This document shows, in pieces, positions 1-9,937 of a stretch of 64,000 nucleotides of DNA. Location of the stretch: positions 73,368 to 137,367 of the forward strand of contig CBFHXO010000001.1 in the NCBI GenBank assembly GCA_965659815.1, in the 5' to 3' direction. Each line of letters opens with the position of its first letter. Positions within the stretch are counted from its first letter, which is position 1. The position numbers and the translations under genes are program-made. This stretch comes from Pseudomonadales bacterium (GTDB lineage: Bacteria > Pseudomonadota > Gammaproteobacteria > Pseudomonadales > UBA7434). The notes below the pieces were generated by a model. The model was not told the origin of the DNA, searched no databases, and saw nothing but the letters and a program-made list of their open reading frames with translations.

Positions 1-369
1 ATTTTGCTATTGGGCGAGGGGCATTGCTTTCGTGACCAGGTGCTGGAGGCCTGCCCGGCAATCCAGCGCTCACTCGATGCCAATAACGCCACTAGCAAAA
101 TGATTGCCGAAGGCAGTTCACTTGAAACCATTAAATATATGGTTGCATCGGGGTTAGGCCTAACCTTATTGCCCGCATCCGCAATTAATATCAACAAACA
201 ACAAAATAATTCAGATGCCACCGTGGTTCGACCCTTTGCCTCGCCAGCACCAACGCGCACGATTGCACTGGCATGGCGTGCATCGTTTCCACGCCATCAG
301 GCCATTGACCTGGTTGTTCAGGCAATCCGACAATCATCCAGCGCATTGGATTTAGACAACATTGCCTAA
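1..369 (+). CDS. oxyR: OxyR-type LysR-family redox regulator, C-terminal fragment (5' end lies off the window)
   Basis: The frame is open from base 1. LLGEGHCFRDQVLEACP carries two cysteines spaced as in the OxyR redox switch. The gene sits directly upstream of recG, as I recall for pseudomonads. Confidence 0.8.
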   Translation: MLLLGEGHCFRDQVLEACPAIQRSLDANNATSKMIAEGSSLETIKYMVASGLGLTLLPASAININKQQNNSDATVVRPFASPAPTRTIALAWRASFPRHQAIDLVVQAIRQSSSALDLDNIA

Positions 370-422
370 AGAGCATCAACAAACAAACCCAAAATCATCG
401 CCGCTATTTATAGATAAAGACG

Positions 423-2516
423 ATGCAAAAAACTCCTAACGCAAGTACCGTTAAGCTTTCACAGCTAAAAGGTATTGGCCCTGCCATTGCCAGCAAGCTC
501 AATGCGATTGGTATTGAGTCGGCAATGGACTTACTGTTCCACCTGCCGCTGCGCTACCAGGACCGTACTTGCATACAGCCTATTGGCTCACTGCAAAACG
601 GTGTCTCAGCGGTCATCGAAGCAGAAATACGGGCTTGCGATATTGTATTTGGCAAACGGCGCAGCTTACTGTGCAAAATTCAGGACGGCACTGGCGTTAT
701 AACGCTACGATTTTTTCACTTTTCTGCGGCACAAAAACAGCGCCTGGTAACAGGCCAAACCCTTCGCTGTTACGGCGAAGTTACTTTGGGCCGCGGTGGG
801 CTGGAAATCATTCACCCCGAATATCAATTAATCGCACCAGGACAGCCACTACCCAGCGCCGACTACCTCACCGCGATTTATCCCAGCATCGATGGTATTA
901 GTCAAACGCGCTGGCGAAATTATATTAAAGCGGCTTTTGCTCACTTGCAGCCGCAACAAGTGCCCAATTTATTAGCCCGTGAATTTTTGCCCGCCGACCA
1001 GCAAAGCAACGACGATGATATTTATTCCACATTAAAACTGCTGCACTTTCCGACACCCGATGTTGATATTGCCGCACTATCTGAGGGCTTGCACCCACTG
1101 CAACGCCGGCTGGCATTTGAAGAGCTGGTTGCACAGCGTATTTCACATTTGTTATTGCGCAGTCAAAGTAGACAAGAACAGGCGCTGGCGGTAAGCGATG
1201 CACCACAATTAGAAGCAAAGTTCTTACAACAGCTTGCATTTACGCTAACAGCTGCGCAACAAAAAGTGCTGGCCGAAATTAAACGCGATATTGCCAACAC
1301 GCAACCCATGATGCGTTTGCTGCAGGGCGACGTCGGCTCAGGTAAAACCATAGTCGCAGCGCTCGCCGCCCTCCCCTTTTTCGCACAGGGCCAACAAGTG
1401 ATGTTAATGGCGCCTACTGAAATACTGGCAGAGCAGCATCAGCAGACGTTTTGCCAATGGTTTTCGCCACTGTCCATCGAAGTCACACTGCTGGTAAGCA
1501 AATTACCCGCCGCAGAAAAACGCACGCGACTGGAGTCCATTGCGACTGGGCACTCGCAATTGATTATTGGTACTCATGCATTAATCCAGGATCTGGTGAG
1601 ATATCACAACCCCGGCCTGATTATTATTGACGAACAGCATCGGTTTGGCGTCGACCAACGACGGGCACTCAAAGACAAGCGGGAAGACGATCTTAATATT
1701 CACCAACTGGTTATGACTGCAACGCCGATCCCGCGTACGCTGGCAATGACGTTTTATGCAGATCTCGACTACTCGGTGATTGATGAGCTACCGCCTGGAC
1801 GCACACCGGTGGAAACGATTGCATTAAGTAATGATAAACGCGAAGAAATTATTGCCAGAGTTAATCATGCGTGTATTGAAGGTCGGCAAGTGTACTGGAT
1901 TTGTACATTAATCGAAGAGTCCGAAAGCCTGCAATGCCAGGCCGCCGAGTCAACCGCCGATGAATTAGCCAAGCTTCTACCCGGTATCAATATCGGCCTG
2001 GTACACGGGCGTTTAAAGCCAGCACAAAAAAATACTGTTATGTCGCATTTCAGTCATGGCGATATTCAACTACTAGTCGCTACCACGGTAGTGGAAGTGG
2101 GTGTTAACGTTCCCAATGCCAGCCTGATGATTATAGAAAACCCCGAGCGACTGGGGCTATCGCAATTACATCAACTGCGCGGTCGTGTGGGCCGCGGCAA
2201 TATTAAAAGCCACTGCGTTTTAATGTATCAGAAACCGCTGTCAAAAAATGGTCGCCAACGTATTGAAATTATGCGCAGCACCAACGATGGTTTTAAATTG
2301 GCAGAACAAGACCTGCATATGCGTGGCCCCGGGCAAGTACTGGGTACACGACAATCGGGTGCGGCGCTATTCAGACTTGCCGATCTGGAACGCGATGCCG
2401 ACTTAATTGAAGCAGTGGTTGTCGCATCCGACACAATTAGCAACAGCGAACTGAACACCGCTAACGCACTGATTCAACGCTGGTGCCCGCTGGCTAAAAA
2501 TTATATTAATGTTTAA
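423..2516 (+). CDS. recG: ATP-dependent DNA helicase RecG
   Basis: 697-aa ORF with Walker A GDVGSGKT and helicase box DEQHRFG. Length and C-terminal helicase motifs (QLRGRVGRG) are typical of RecG. Confidence 0.95.
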   Translation: MQKTPNASTVKLSQLKGIGPAIASKLNAIGIESAMDLLFHLPLRYQDRTCIQPIGSLQNGVSAVIEAEIRACDIVFGKRRSLLCKIQDGTGVITLRFFHFSAAQKQRLVTGQTLRCYGEVTLGRGGLEIIHPEYQLIAPGQPLPSADYLTAIYPSIDGISQTRWRNYIKAAFAHLQPQQVPNLLAREFLPADQQSNDDDIYSTLKLLHFPTPDVDIAALSEGLHPLQRRLAFEELVAQRISHLLLRSQSRQEQALAVSDAPQLEAKFLQQLAFTLTAAQQKVLAEIKRDIANTQPMMRLLQGDVGSGKTIVAALAALPFFAQGQQVMLMAPTEILAEQHQQTFCQWFSPLSIEVTLLVSKLPAAEKRTRLESIATGHSQLIIGTHALIQDLVRYHNPGLIIIDEQHRFGVDQRRALKDKREDDLNIHQLVMTATPIPRTLAMTFYADLDYSVIDELPPGRTPVETIALSNDKREEIIARVNHACIEGRQVYWICTLIEESESLQCQAAESTADELAKLLPGINIGLVHGRLKPAQKNTVMSHFSHGDIQLLVATTVVEVGVNVPNASLMIIENPERLGLSQLHQLRGRVGRGNIKSHCVLMYQKPLSKNGRQRIEIMRSTNDGFKLAEQDLHMRGPGQVLGTRQSGAALFRLADLERDADLIEAVVVASDTISNSELNTANALIQRWCPLAKNYINV

Positions 2517-2605
2517 AGCCCGACGAATGCTTTGAGCGAGATGAATACCTTGAGCCAAAGGATTCAAACAATAAAAGTCAGACAAGAACCAGACAAAATG
2601 CGGAC

Positions 2606-2644
2606 AATAAAAAGCCGGCTACCTCGGGGAAGAAAGTAGCCGGC
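2606..2644 (-). terminator. Rho-independent terminator oriented for the minus strand
   Basis: 9-bp stem GCCGGCTAC (2614-2622) pairs with GTAGCCGGC (2636-2644) around a 13-nt loop. On the minus strand the hairpin is followed by TTTTTATT (plus-strand A-run 2609-2613). No T-run follows it on the plus strand. Confidence 0.6.
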
Positions 2645-2860
2645 AAGATTAGACTATTTAAGAAAACAGGCTTGAGAAAAACTTTTCAAGCGTTGTGCTC
2701 TACGGATAATGGCAGGAGAGATTACCAAAACCCGGTACTGCCACAACAACCTGATGTATATACCCTATATACACCATCAGTTTTACCTATCGCCAGCACC
2801 CGAAAAGGTAACAAGGCTGACAACTAAGCCTGCGGTATAACACCATACAACTGTGACAGT
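2606..2860 (-). ncRNA. Candidate small RNA downstream of polA (hypothetical; boundaries inferred from promoter and terminator)
   Basis: A sigmaE-like promoter lies 13 nt after the polA stop and an intrinsic terminator lies at 2606-2644. Internal hairpins occur at 2670-2691, 2711-2742 and 2751-2780. I saw no ORF above 25 codons with an SD. Confidence 0.25.
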
Positions 2861-2865
2861 ACTAT

Positions 2866-2892
2866 TAAGACACCAAGTCAGCGTAACAGTTC
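2866..2892 (-). promoter_or_regulatory. Candidate extracytoplasmic-stress (RpoE/AlgU-type) promoter
   Basis: The minus strand reads GAACTG (2887-2892), a 16-nt spacer, then TCTTA (2866-2870). The consensus I recall is GAACTT-N16/17-TCTGA. Confidence 0.3.
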
Positions 2893-2904
2893 GAAATAAA
2901 AAAT

Positions 2905-5676
2905 TTAGTGCGCTTCATCCCAGTTTTTACCGATGCCTACATCCACGACCAGTGGAATTTTTAAGCTGGCGGCACTAGACATCAGCTGAGTAATTTCGTT
3001 AGAAGCCATTTCTGTATGTTCGACAGGCACTTCGAACACTAATTCATCATGCACTTGCATAATCATTTTAATGGAGGGGTTTTTACGCAACCACTGGCTC
3101 ACATTAAGCATAGCGATTTTTATAATGTCGGCAGCCGTTCCTTGCATAGGTGCATTAATAGCGGTCCGCTCAGCCGCCTGGCGCCGCATACCATTGCTGC
3201 TATTAATTTCGGCCAAATATAGCCGGCGGCCAAATAGTGTTTCAACATAGCCCATATCGGCCGCCTGTGCACGAGTGTTTTCCATATAGCTTAAAACACC
3301 GGGGTATCGGTCAAAGTAACGATCGATATACTGCTGGGCGTCATTGCGACCAATACCTAATTGTTTGCCCAAGCCAAAAGCCGACATGCCATAAATCAAA
3401 CCAAAGTTTATGGCTTTGGCCCGACGCCTTTGTTCAGGGCTGACTTCGGCCAAGTTAACCGCAAACACTTCGGCCGCTGTGGCCTTATGCACATCCAGGC
3501 CCTGATTAAATGCATCGAGCAAACCAGTGTCCTTGGACAAGTGCGCCATAATGCGTAATTCAATCTGCGAGTAATCGGCCGCCATAATGACGCTGCCTTT
3601 AGGCGCTATGAATGCCTGTCTTACCCGCCTGCCCTCTGCTGTTCGAATGGGAATATTTTGCAAGTTGGGGTCAGACGATGAAAGTCGGCCAGTGGCAGTT
3701 ACCGCCTGGTGATAAGAGGTATGCACCCTACCTGTTGCCGAATTAATTTGCTCAGGCAGTCGATCGGTATAGGTCGACTTTAATTTACTCAAGCCGCGAT
3801 ACGCCATAATCACTTTAGGTAACGGGTAGTCCAGCGCCAGCTCTTGTAAAATGGGCTCGGCGGTTGATGGTTGACCCTTGGGCGTTTTTTTAATAACTGG
3901 TAACTGCAACTTGTCAAATAAAATGGTTTGCAGTTGCTTGGGCGAACCCAAATTAAATTCCTCACCTGCCAGCTGGCAGGCCTCCTGCTCCAGCTCTTCG
4001 AGCCGCTTGCCCAATTCAGCACTTTGCTTTAACAGTAACTCACCATCAATCAATGCACCAGTTTGCTCAATATCGCAAATTACTTCCAATAGCGGCAGTT
4101 CAATTTCTCGGTAAAGTTTTTCTAATGGCGCAACATCGGCTAACTGTTTAGACAAGTGCTGGTATAAACGCAGCGTAATATCGGCATCTTCGGCCGCATA
4201 GGGGCCGGCAATCTCAAGGTCGACCTGGTCAAAGGTTAATTGTTTTACGCCCTTACCCGCCACGTCTTCGTATTTGGTGGTGCTTTCATTTAGGTAAGTT
4301 GACGCCAGGCTATCCATATCGTGTCGACCACTGGTCGAATTAAACACGTAAGATAATAACATCGTATCGCCAGCAATACCGTTAAGCGTAATATCGTGAT
4401 TAGCAATAACATGTTTATCGTACTTAAGATTCTGGCCAACCTTTTTAATTTTCGGGTCTTCCAATAGTGTTTTAAGCGCACCTAGCACATCGTCTTCGCT
4501 TAACTGCGCTGGGGCATTTTCATAATTATGTCCAAAGGGTATATACGCCGCCGACCCGGATTCAACACTGACCGAAACACCAACTACCCGGGCATCAATA
4601 TAATTAAGGCTGGTAGTTTCAGTATCAAAAGCAAACACCTCGCTGGACGTTAACTTTTTAATCCAGCGGTTTAGCCCGGCCTTATCCAACACCAGCTCAT
4701 AGTCGCGGCCACTACCCTGATTGGCTTCGGGCGTGCTGTCATTATTGCCCCTGCCCTCCGCCGCTTGTTTGGCAAAACCGGCACCACCATCACGGGCCAG
4801 CTCTTCGCCCCAGGATTTAAACTGCAGAGTACTAAACAACGTTGCTAACGCGTCGACATCTACCGGTTTTGTCAGCTCACCATCATAGAGATCGCTGGCA
4901 GAAACCGCTAAATCAACATCGAGCTTGATGGTCGCAAGCGTATAGGACAGCCGTGCCGCGTCTTCATTGGCCGCCAGCTTTTCACCCAACTTTTTAGCGC
5001 CACGCACCGGCACTTCCGCAACCTGCTCCAACTTACCGTAGATATCATCGATACCACCCAGTGTCTGGATAAGCCCAAGCGCTGTTTTCTCACCCACGCC
5101 GGCGACCCCGGGAATGTTGTCGACCTTATCCCCCATCAGCGCCAGAAAATCGATAATGCGCTCGGGTGGGATACCAAATTTATCAATCACACCTTGCGTA
5201 TCGAGCCGAGTTTCGGTCATGGTATTGACCAGCGAGACATGATCGGTGACCAGTTGAGCCATATCTTTGTCACCGGTCGAAATCACAACCGGTATTTCAC
5301 CATCGGTTGCCTGCTGTGCAAGGGTGCCAATCACATCGTCGGCCTCGACACCTTCAACCACTAGCAACGGCATGCCCATGGCCTTAATGATCTGGTGAAT
5401 AGGTTCAATTTGAGAACGCAAATCATCGGGCATCGACGGACGATTAGCTTTATACGCTTTAAAAATATCGTCGCGGAAGGTTTTTCCCTTAGCATCAAAT
5501 ACCACCACAATCTCACTGCAAGGGTAGTCCTTGTGCAGACGCCGCAACATATTAATCACGCCCTTGATAGCGCCTGTGGGCTGGCCAGAGGAGGTATTTA
5601 GCGGTGGCAGGGCATGGAAAGCGCGGTAAAGATAGGAAGAGCCGTCAACGAGAACAAGCGGTTCATTGGCAGACAT
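2905..5676 (-). CDS. polA: DNA polymerase I
   Basis: 923-aa ORF with a 5'-nuclease N-terminus ([14 protein letters not shown]), 3'-5' exonuclease motif [10 protein letters not shown], and polymerase motifs DYSQIELR and QVHDELVFE. Confidence 0.97.
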   Translation of the reverse strand: MSANEPLVLVDGSSYLYRAFHALPPLNTSSGQPTGAIKGVINMLRRLHKDYPCSEIVVVFDAKGKTFRDDIFKAYKANRPSMPDDLRSQIEPIHQIIKAMGMPLLVVEGVEADDVIGTLAQQATDGEIPVVISTGDKDMAQLVTDHVSLVNTMTETRLDTQGVIDKFGIPPERIIDFLALMGDKVDNIPGVAGVGEKTALGLIQTLGGIDDIYGKLEQVAEVPVRGAKKLGEKLAANEDAARLSYTLATIKLDVDLAVSASDLYDGELTKPVDVDALATLFSTLQFKSWGEELARDGGAGFAKQAAEGRGNNDSTPEANQGSGRDYELVLDKAGLNRWIKKLTSSEVFAFDTETTSLNYIDARVVGVSVSVESGSAAYIPFGHNYENAPAQLSEDDVLGALKTLLEDPKIKKVGQNLKYDKHVIANHDITLNGIAGDTMLLSYVFNSTSGRHDMDSLASTYLNESTTKYEDVAGKGVKQLTFDQVDLEIAGPYAAEDADITLRLYQHLSKQLADVAPLEKLYREIELPLLEVICDIEQTGALIDGELLLKQSAELGKRLEELEQEACQLAGEEFNLGSPKQLQTILFDKLQLPVIKKTPKGQPSTAEPILQELALDYPLPKVIMAYRGLSKLKSTYTDRLPEQINSATGRVHTSYHQAVTATGRLSSSDPNLQNIPIRTAEGRRVRQAFIAPKGSVIMAADYSQIELRIMAHLSKDTGLLDAFNQGLDVHKATAAEVFAVNLAEVSPEQRRRAKAINFGLIYGMSAFGLGKQLGIGRNDAQQYIDRYFDRYPGVLSYMENTRAQAADMGYVETLFGRRLYLAEINSSNGMRRQAAERTAINAPMQGTAADIIKIAMLNVSQWLRKNPSIKMIMQVHDELVFEVPVEHTEMASNEITQLMSSAASLKIPLVVDVGIGKNWDEAH

Positions 5677-6203
5677 AAGCGAGTAAACACCTTAAAAACA
5701 AGCATTGAGCGAAATTAACCTGGCAAACGCCCGGTAATCATGAGGGCGGGCAGCTTATCACAGCTGGATAATCGCACTCTAGCAAGCTTTACAGTGACCA
5801 ATCCGCAAGCAATCGAGGCTACTTTACGGCCTGGTTGACCCAATTGGCATCGAATTATGTATCAGACTAGGCTGACAACCGCGAAAAAGCTTCTATGATC
5901 AATATTTGCGCTTAGGCGTAACCAATCTTTGCAGAAAGTGAACCGATTGGTAACACTTCGCGTATTAAAGGTCACACTCAAGTGAATAAGCATATATTTC
6001 AATAATATATTGGCCATAGTGAGAAGATGTCTCAGGCTGTAACGGAATATTCACATAAATATTTAGCAATATTGAGGTATCACACTGGCAATTTTATCCA
6101 CAAGTGTTACTCTATGTAACATAGAAATTGCAACAGAACTAATCACTGTAGTGGCACCGCCAAAAGCAAGGCCACCACAAAAAACAACGAAAGGAGTAAA
6201 ACC

Positions 6204-6533
6204 ATGAAAAACCTAACTTACTCCGCCATTTCGTATGTAGCGGCAGCACTAATCCTATCCGGGCCAGTCCTTGCCAATCCAGCCGACTTGAGTGGAGCCT
6301 TTAACAGTGACGTCAATGTAGTTGACGTAAGTGAGTACAGCATTGATGTTGACCAAGGCGTTTACCTGGCATTAAACCGTTATCCAGTGACACTTCCGCC
6401 TTTATCAAGCAATAGCTCTACAGCAAATAAGGCTTCTAATACTGTTTTAAAGAGCGAGGCTTACATTGACAGCCTGCAGCGTGAACTTAGGGATGAGTTA
6501 GATATTATCATCGAAGCGCAAGAGTTGTTCTAA
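6204..6533 (+). CDS. Small secreted protein of unknown function
   Basis: AAGGAG lies 7 nt upstream of the ATG. There is an N-terminal signal peptide (ALILSGPVLA/NP) and a strong intrinsic terminator downstream. I recognise no family. Confidence 0.6.
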   Translation: MKNLTYSAISYVAAALILSGPVLANPADLSGAFNSDVNVVDVSEYSIDVDQGVYLALNRYPVTLPPLSSNSSTANKASNTVLKSEAYIDSLQRELRDELDIIIEAQELF

Positions 6534-6582
6534 ACGTTTAACCCAAACCAGTCTTTTTTTTAGTGTTATTCTCCCCCGTATT

Positions 6583-6607
6583 CAGGCTCTTCGGAGCCTG
6601 TTTTTTT
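6583..6607 (+). terminator. Rho-independent terminator
   Basis: CAGGCTC (6583-6589), TTCG tetraloop, GAGCCTG (6594-6600), then T7 (6601-6607). Confidence 0.8.
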
Positions 6608-6675
6608 GCCTGCTGCTTTTCCGCCTACGCCCCTTTTAACCTCACGCCGACAAGCCCAGTATCTAGCCATTAGCT

Positions 6676-7143
6676 CTACTTCTTAGGACAAGCGCCGTAA
6701 TAGCCTTTGGAGAAATAACAGTATTCGCGGGCAGTGCCCCCGCGTATCATTTGCGCATTGATATCACGCTGCCGGTCGGCAGAAAAATCCACGCTCGCAC
6801 CTTGCTTTGAAATAATTACACCCTGCGCTGCCAGTCTGCAGCGCGCCACAATACGACCGTACTTATCGATATCCTGCTGCCTGCAATGGATATTTTGCTT
6901 AACTACCAGTTGCTTTAACGCGTTGCGAGCAGCATTGAACCCCGGCTCATCGCGCTCGGGCGCATCCACACCCCATAAACGAATTTGCGGCTTAACGCCG
7001 GCAAGATATAGACTGTCACCATCAACCACAAAACGTACCGGGGCAGTTAAAATTTCAGCGACGGGATCTGTGGCGCCCACTGTAAACGATAGCAATGCTG
7101 CGATGGTGAAGAGATTAGCGCGGTAGCCGGGCAGGGCAAGCAT
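6676..7143 (-). CDS. Staphylococcal-nuclease (SNase/thermonuclease) family protein, probably exported
   Basis: DGDSLYL...IRLWGVDAPE...DKYGRIVARC...MIRGGTA follows the SNase motif order (DGDT, RLxGIDxPE, DxYGRxLA). The N-terminus is hydrophobic. The gene starts 11 nt after the SCO gene ends. Confidence 0.7.
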   Translation of the reverse strand: MLALPGYRANLFTIAALLSFTVGATDPVAEILTAPVRFVVDGDSLYLAGVKPQIRLWGVDAPERDEPGFNAARNALKQLVVKQNIHCRQQDIDKYGRIVARCRLAAQGVIISKQGASVDFSADRQRDINAQMIRGGTAREYCYFSKGYYGACPKK

Positions 7144-7154
7144 GACTTACAATT

Positions 7155-7829
7155 TTACTTACGATTAGAGTAACGCAGTGACTTATAAGTTAATAGCATG
7201 CGGTCGAGATCGAGCGGTGGCTTATAAAAAGCATGATAAAAACCCTGAGGATTAATAAGGGCGACATTACCGCCGTGATCGACTGTGTAATCACCAGTGT
7301 CTGCATCGATAACCACTTTTCGAAACGCCACATTCAGTTGCTTGGCCATACGATGTATGTCTAAGAACTCACCGGTGACACCAATAAAATCTTTATTAAA
7401 ATAGTCAACATAGGTTTTTAGCACCTCGGGCGTGTCGCGGGCCGGGTCGAGTGATACTAATAAAAACTGGGTATCAGCCGCATAGTCAGTATCAGCCAGC
7501 TGTTGCGATAACTGGTTAAACAACGACAGCGTAGTAGGGCAGATATCGGGGCAGTGGGTAAAACCAAAAAACACCAGAGTCCACTTACCCAGTAATTGTT
7601 CGTTGGTAAAAGCATTACCGTTTTGGTCTTGCAATGCCAGCGGGCTAATTTCGCGCGGCAGTGAAAACACAATCATGCCATTAGAAACCATTTCTTTAGG
7701 GCTTAGCTCGCGCTCCTGGGATATTCGATTAATAAATAAACCCAGCACCACCACCATAAAAATAACAATGGCAACAACGGTATTGCGGATACCGTGTTTT
7801 CGATCTTCGTGGGTAAAATCCTGGCTCAC
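7155..7829 (-). CDS. SCO1/SenC copper chaperone for cytochrome oxidase
   Basis: N-terminal TM helix, CxxxC motif FGFTHCPDICPTTL, then DPARDTP and VDHGGNVALINPQG, typical of the SCO family. Confidence 0.9.
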   Translation of the reverse strand: MSQDFTHEDRKHGIRNTVVAIVIFMVVVLGLFINRISQERELSPKEMVSNGMIVFSLPREISPLALQDQNGNAFTNEQLLGKWTLVFFGFTHCPDICPTTLSLFNQLSQQLADTDYAADTQFLLVSLDPARDTPEVLKTYVDYFNKDFIGVTGEFLDIHRMAKQLNVAFRKVVIDADTGDYTVDHGGNVALINPQGFYHAFYKPPLDLDRMLLTYKSLRYSNRK

Positions 7830-7852
7830 AATAGTCCTATAAAGTTATTCAA

Positions 7853-8839
7853 TTAGGTTTCGCTTAGCGGAATATAACCTGCGGCTTGCTCAACCGGCTG
7901 AAACTGCGTGACGGGCTCAACCCGTGTGTCTAGTGGGTAAATATAATGATCGGCAAGCATAATCACAAACAAAGCCATCAAATAAATAATCGAATATTTA
8001 AATGTCTCCATCGGTGCGGCGTCATTTTTATTGATCACTAGAACAATGGCCCAATATAAAAACCCTAAACCCAACACAACTGCGCCCAGCAAATACAGCG
8101 GGCCAAACATTTTGGTAGCAAACGGCAATAGTGAAACCGCCAGCAAAATAATGGTATACAGCAGAATGTGCAGACGAGTATATTTTTCGCCGTGGGTAAC
8201 CGGCAACATCGGGATATCGGCCTTGGCATAATCGTCTTTGCGATGAATAGCCAGCGCCCAAAAATGCGGTGGCGTCCAGGCAAATATAATAAGCACCAGT
8301 AATAGCGCGTAACCATGAATTTCATTAGTTACCGCTGTCCAGCCCAGCAATGGCGGTGCAGCACCGGCAAGGCCACCAATAACAATATTTTGTGGCGTCG
8401 CGCGCTTTAAAAAACAAGTGTAAATCAACGCATAACCAATCAGTGAACCCAGGGTTAACCATGCGGTAAGCACATTAACAAAGTAAATAAGCACCCATAA
8501 ACCCACCACGCCCAGCACAGCACTAAACATCAAGGCTTGCCAATCTTCCAATCGACCTTGAGCGACCGGTCGGTTTTCGGTTCGCTTCATAAGCACATCA
8601 ATTTTCTTATCAACCACATGGTTAATCACCGCCGCCGAAGCCGCACAAAAAGCAATGCCCACGTTACCGGCGATTAAGATATCTAACGGCACCATGCCGG
8701 GTACAGCTAAAAACATGCCGACGACGGTCGTCAGTATCATTAATGCCACAACATTGGGTTTGGTCAATTCCAGGTAGTCACGCCATATCGGTGTGGCCGA
8801 TGCGCTGGCTGGCTGGCTGGCGGTGTCAGGATTACTCAT
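7853..8839 (-). CDS. ctaB: Protoheme IX farnesyltransferase (heme O synthase)
   Basis: Multi-pass UbiA-family protein with NHVVDKKID and WTPPHFWALA motifs, located inside the cox locus. Confidence 0.93.
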   Translation of the reverse strand: MSNPDTASQPASASATPIWRDYLELTKPNVVALMILTTVVGMFLAVPGMVPLDILIAGNVGIAFCAASAAVINHVVDKKIDVLMKRTENRPVAQGRLEDWQALMFSAVLGVVGLWVLIYFVNVLTAWLTLGSLIGYALIYTCFLKRATPQNIVIGGLAGAAPPLLGWTAVTNEIHGYALLLVLIIFAWTPPHFWALAIHRKDDYAKADIPMLPVTHGEKYTRLHILLYTIILLAVSLLPFATKMFGPLYLLGAVVLGLGFLYWAIVLVINKNDAAPMETFKYSIIYLMALFVIMLADHYIYPLDTRVEPVTQFQPVEQAAGYIPLSET

Positions 8840-8894
8840 GTTGCTCTACTTTTGTGGCTTGGCAGGCGACAAGCCTGACAATGCGCTATGAATT

Positions 8895-9935
8895 TTATTT
8901 TATCTGCACTGTGTATAAGCGATGTCCCAGCCCCACCAGCGTGATCAACAGTATCGCACCCACTGCATTGTGCGCCACCGCAACCACCAACGGTATAGAC
9001 CAGATAACATTACTCAAACCCAGCGAAAGCTGCAGAATTAATACTGCTAGCAGGCTATTGGACCACTGCCTTGCACTGGCCAAAGCGGTGGCACGCAATT
9101 TTAGCACCAAGTAAACCACCGCTACAGTAACGATGATAGCACCAACGCGATGGCTAAAATGAATCGCTGTCCGAGCGGCGCTGTCCATAATACCCCCGAG
9201 GTAGTTGGGCCCAATTGACTGGCCAATATCAAAACCCCGAGCAAAATCCATGTTGGGCAGCCACTGACCCTGGCACATTGGCAGGTCAGGGCAGGCCAGC
9301 GCAGCATAGTTCGACGAGGTCCAGCCACCAAGGGTAATTTGCGCAATCACCAACAGTAACACCACAACAAACACCGGCCTAAGTCTTTGCACTACCTGGC
9401 TTTGTTCCGGCGATACCACCCAGTGGTAATTGTTTAATCGCAAGGTTAGCAGCCACAGCAGCGACAGCGTGGCAAAGCCACCGAGCAAATGGGTGGTCAC
9501 CACCTGCGGCCAGAGATTGAGCGTGACCGTCCAGCGCCCAAAAGCACCTTGCAGCAATATCATTATTAGTAGAAATATCGGCAACTTAAACGGTGCCAAC
9601 TGGTCGCCAAATGTGCGGCGTTGACGCCAGGCATTGACCAATAGCGCAATACAGAATAAACCCAAGCTGGAAGCCAACAGACGGTGGACCTGCTCAGGCC
9701 AGGTTTTGTCGTGCTCAACCGGAGTATCGGGAAACGCGGCATTGGCCGCAGCGACTTCGGCATCACTCATGGGCCAGAGAATATGACCATAACATACAGG
9801 CCAGTCGGGGCAGCCCAAGCCAGCGTCGACCAAGCGCGTAAAGGCCCCCAGCACAATCACGCCTACGGTAAATACGGTTGCCGCCAGGGCGAGCTTAAAG
9901 CCGGGTAAGCGTTTATCTGGCACATTGACTAACAT
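8895..9935 (-). CDS. ctaA: Heme A synthase (COX15/CtaA)
   Basis: Eight-helix membrane protein with conserved His-bearing helices (VTTHLLGG, HFSHRVGA, VAVAHNAVGA). It lies adjacent to ctaB. Confidence 0.88.
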   Translation of the reverse strand: MLVNVPDKRLPGFKLALAATVFTVGVIVLGAFTRLVDAGLGCPDWPVCYGHILWPMSDAEVAAANAAFPDTPVEHDKTWPEQVHRLLASSLGLFCIALLVNAWRQRRTFGDQLAPFKLPIFLLIMILLQGAFGRWTVTLNLWPQVVTTHLLGGFATLSLLWLLTLRLNNYHWVVSPEQSQVVQRLRPVFVVVLLLVIAQITLGGWTSSNYAALACPDLPMCQGQWLPNMDFARGFDIGQSIGPNYLGGIMDSAARTAIHFSHRVGAIIVTVAVVYLVLKLRATALASARQWSNSLLAVLILQLSLGLSNVIWSIPLVVAVAHNAVGAILLITLVGLGHRLYTVQIK

Positions 9936-9937
9936 GA

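Noticed and set aside
2751-2784. AT-rich hairpin followed by TTTT on the plus strand, considered as a recG terminator
   Set aside because: It lies 235 nt downstream of the recG stop, and its stem is almost all A-T with a 3-nt bulge. I interpret it more plausibly as internal structure of the minus-strand candidate RNA.
6094-6102. Perfect DnaA box TTATCCACA upstream of the small secreted-protein gene, near the AT-rich palindrome CTATGTAACATAG (6112-6124)
   Set aside because: A single 9-mer is expected by chance roughly once per few hundred kb on two strands, so one stray copy in 64 kb is not significant. There is no clustering of further boxes.
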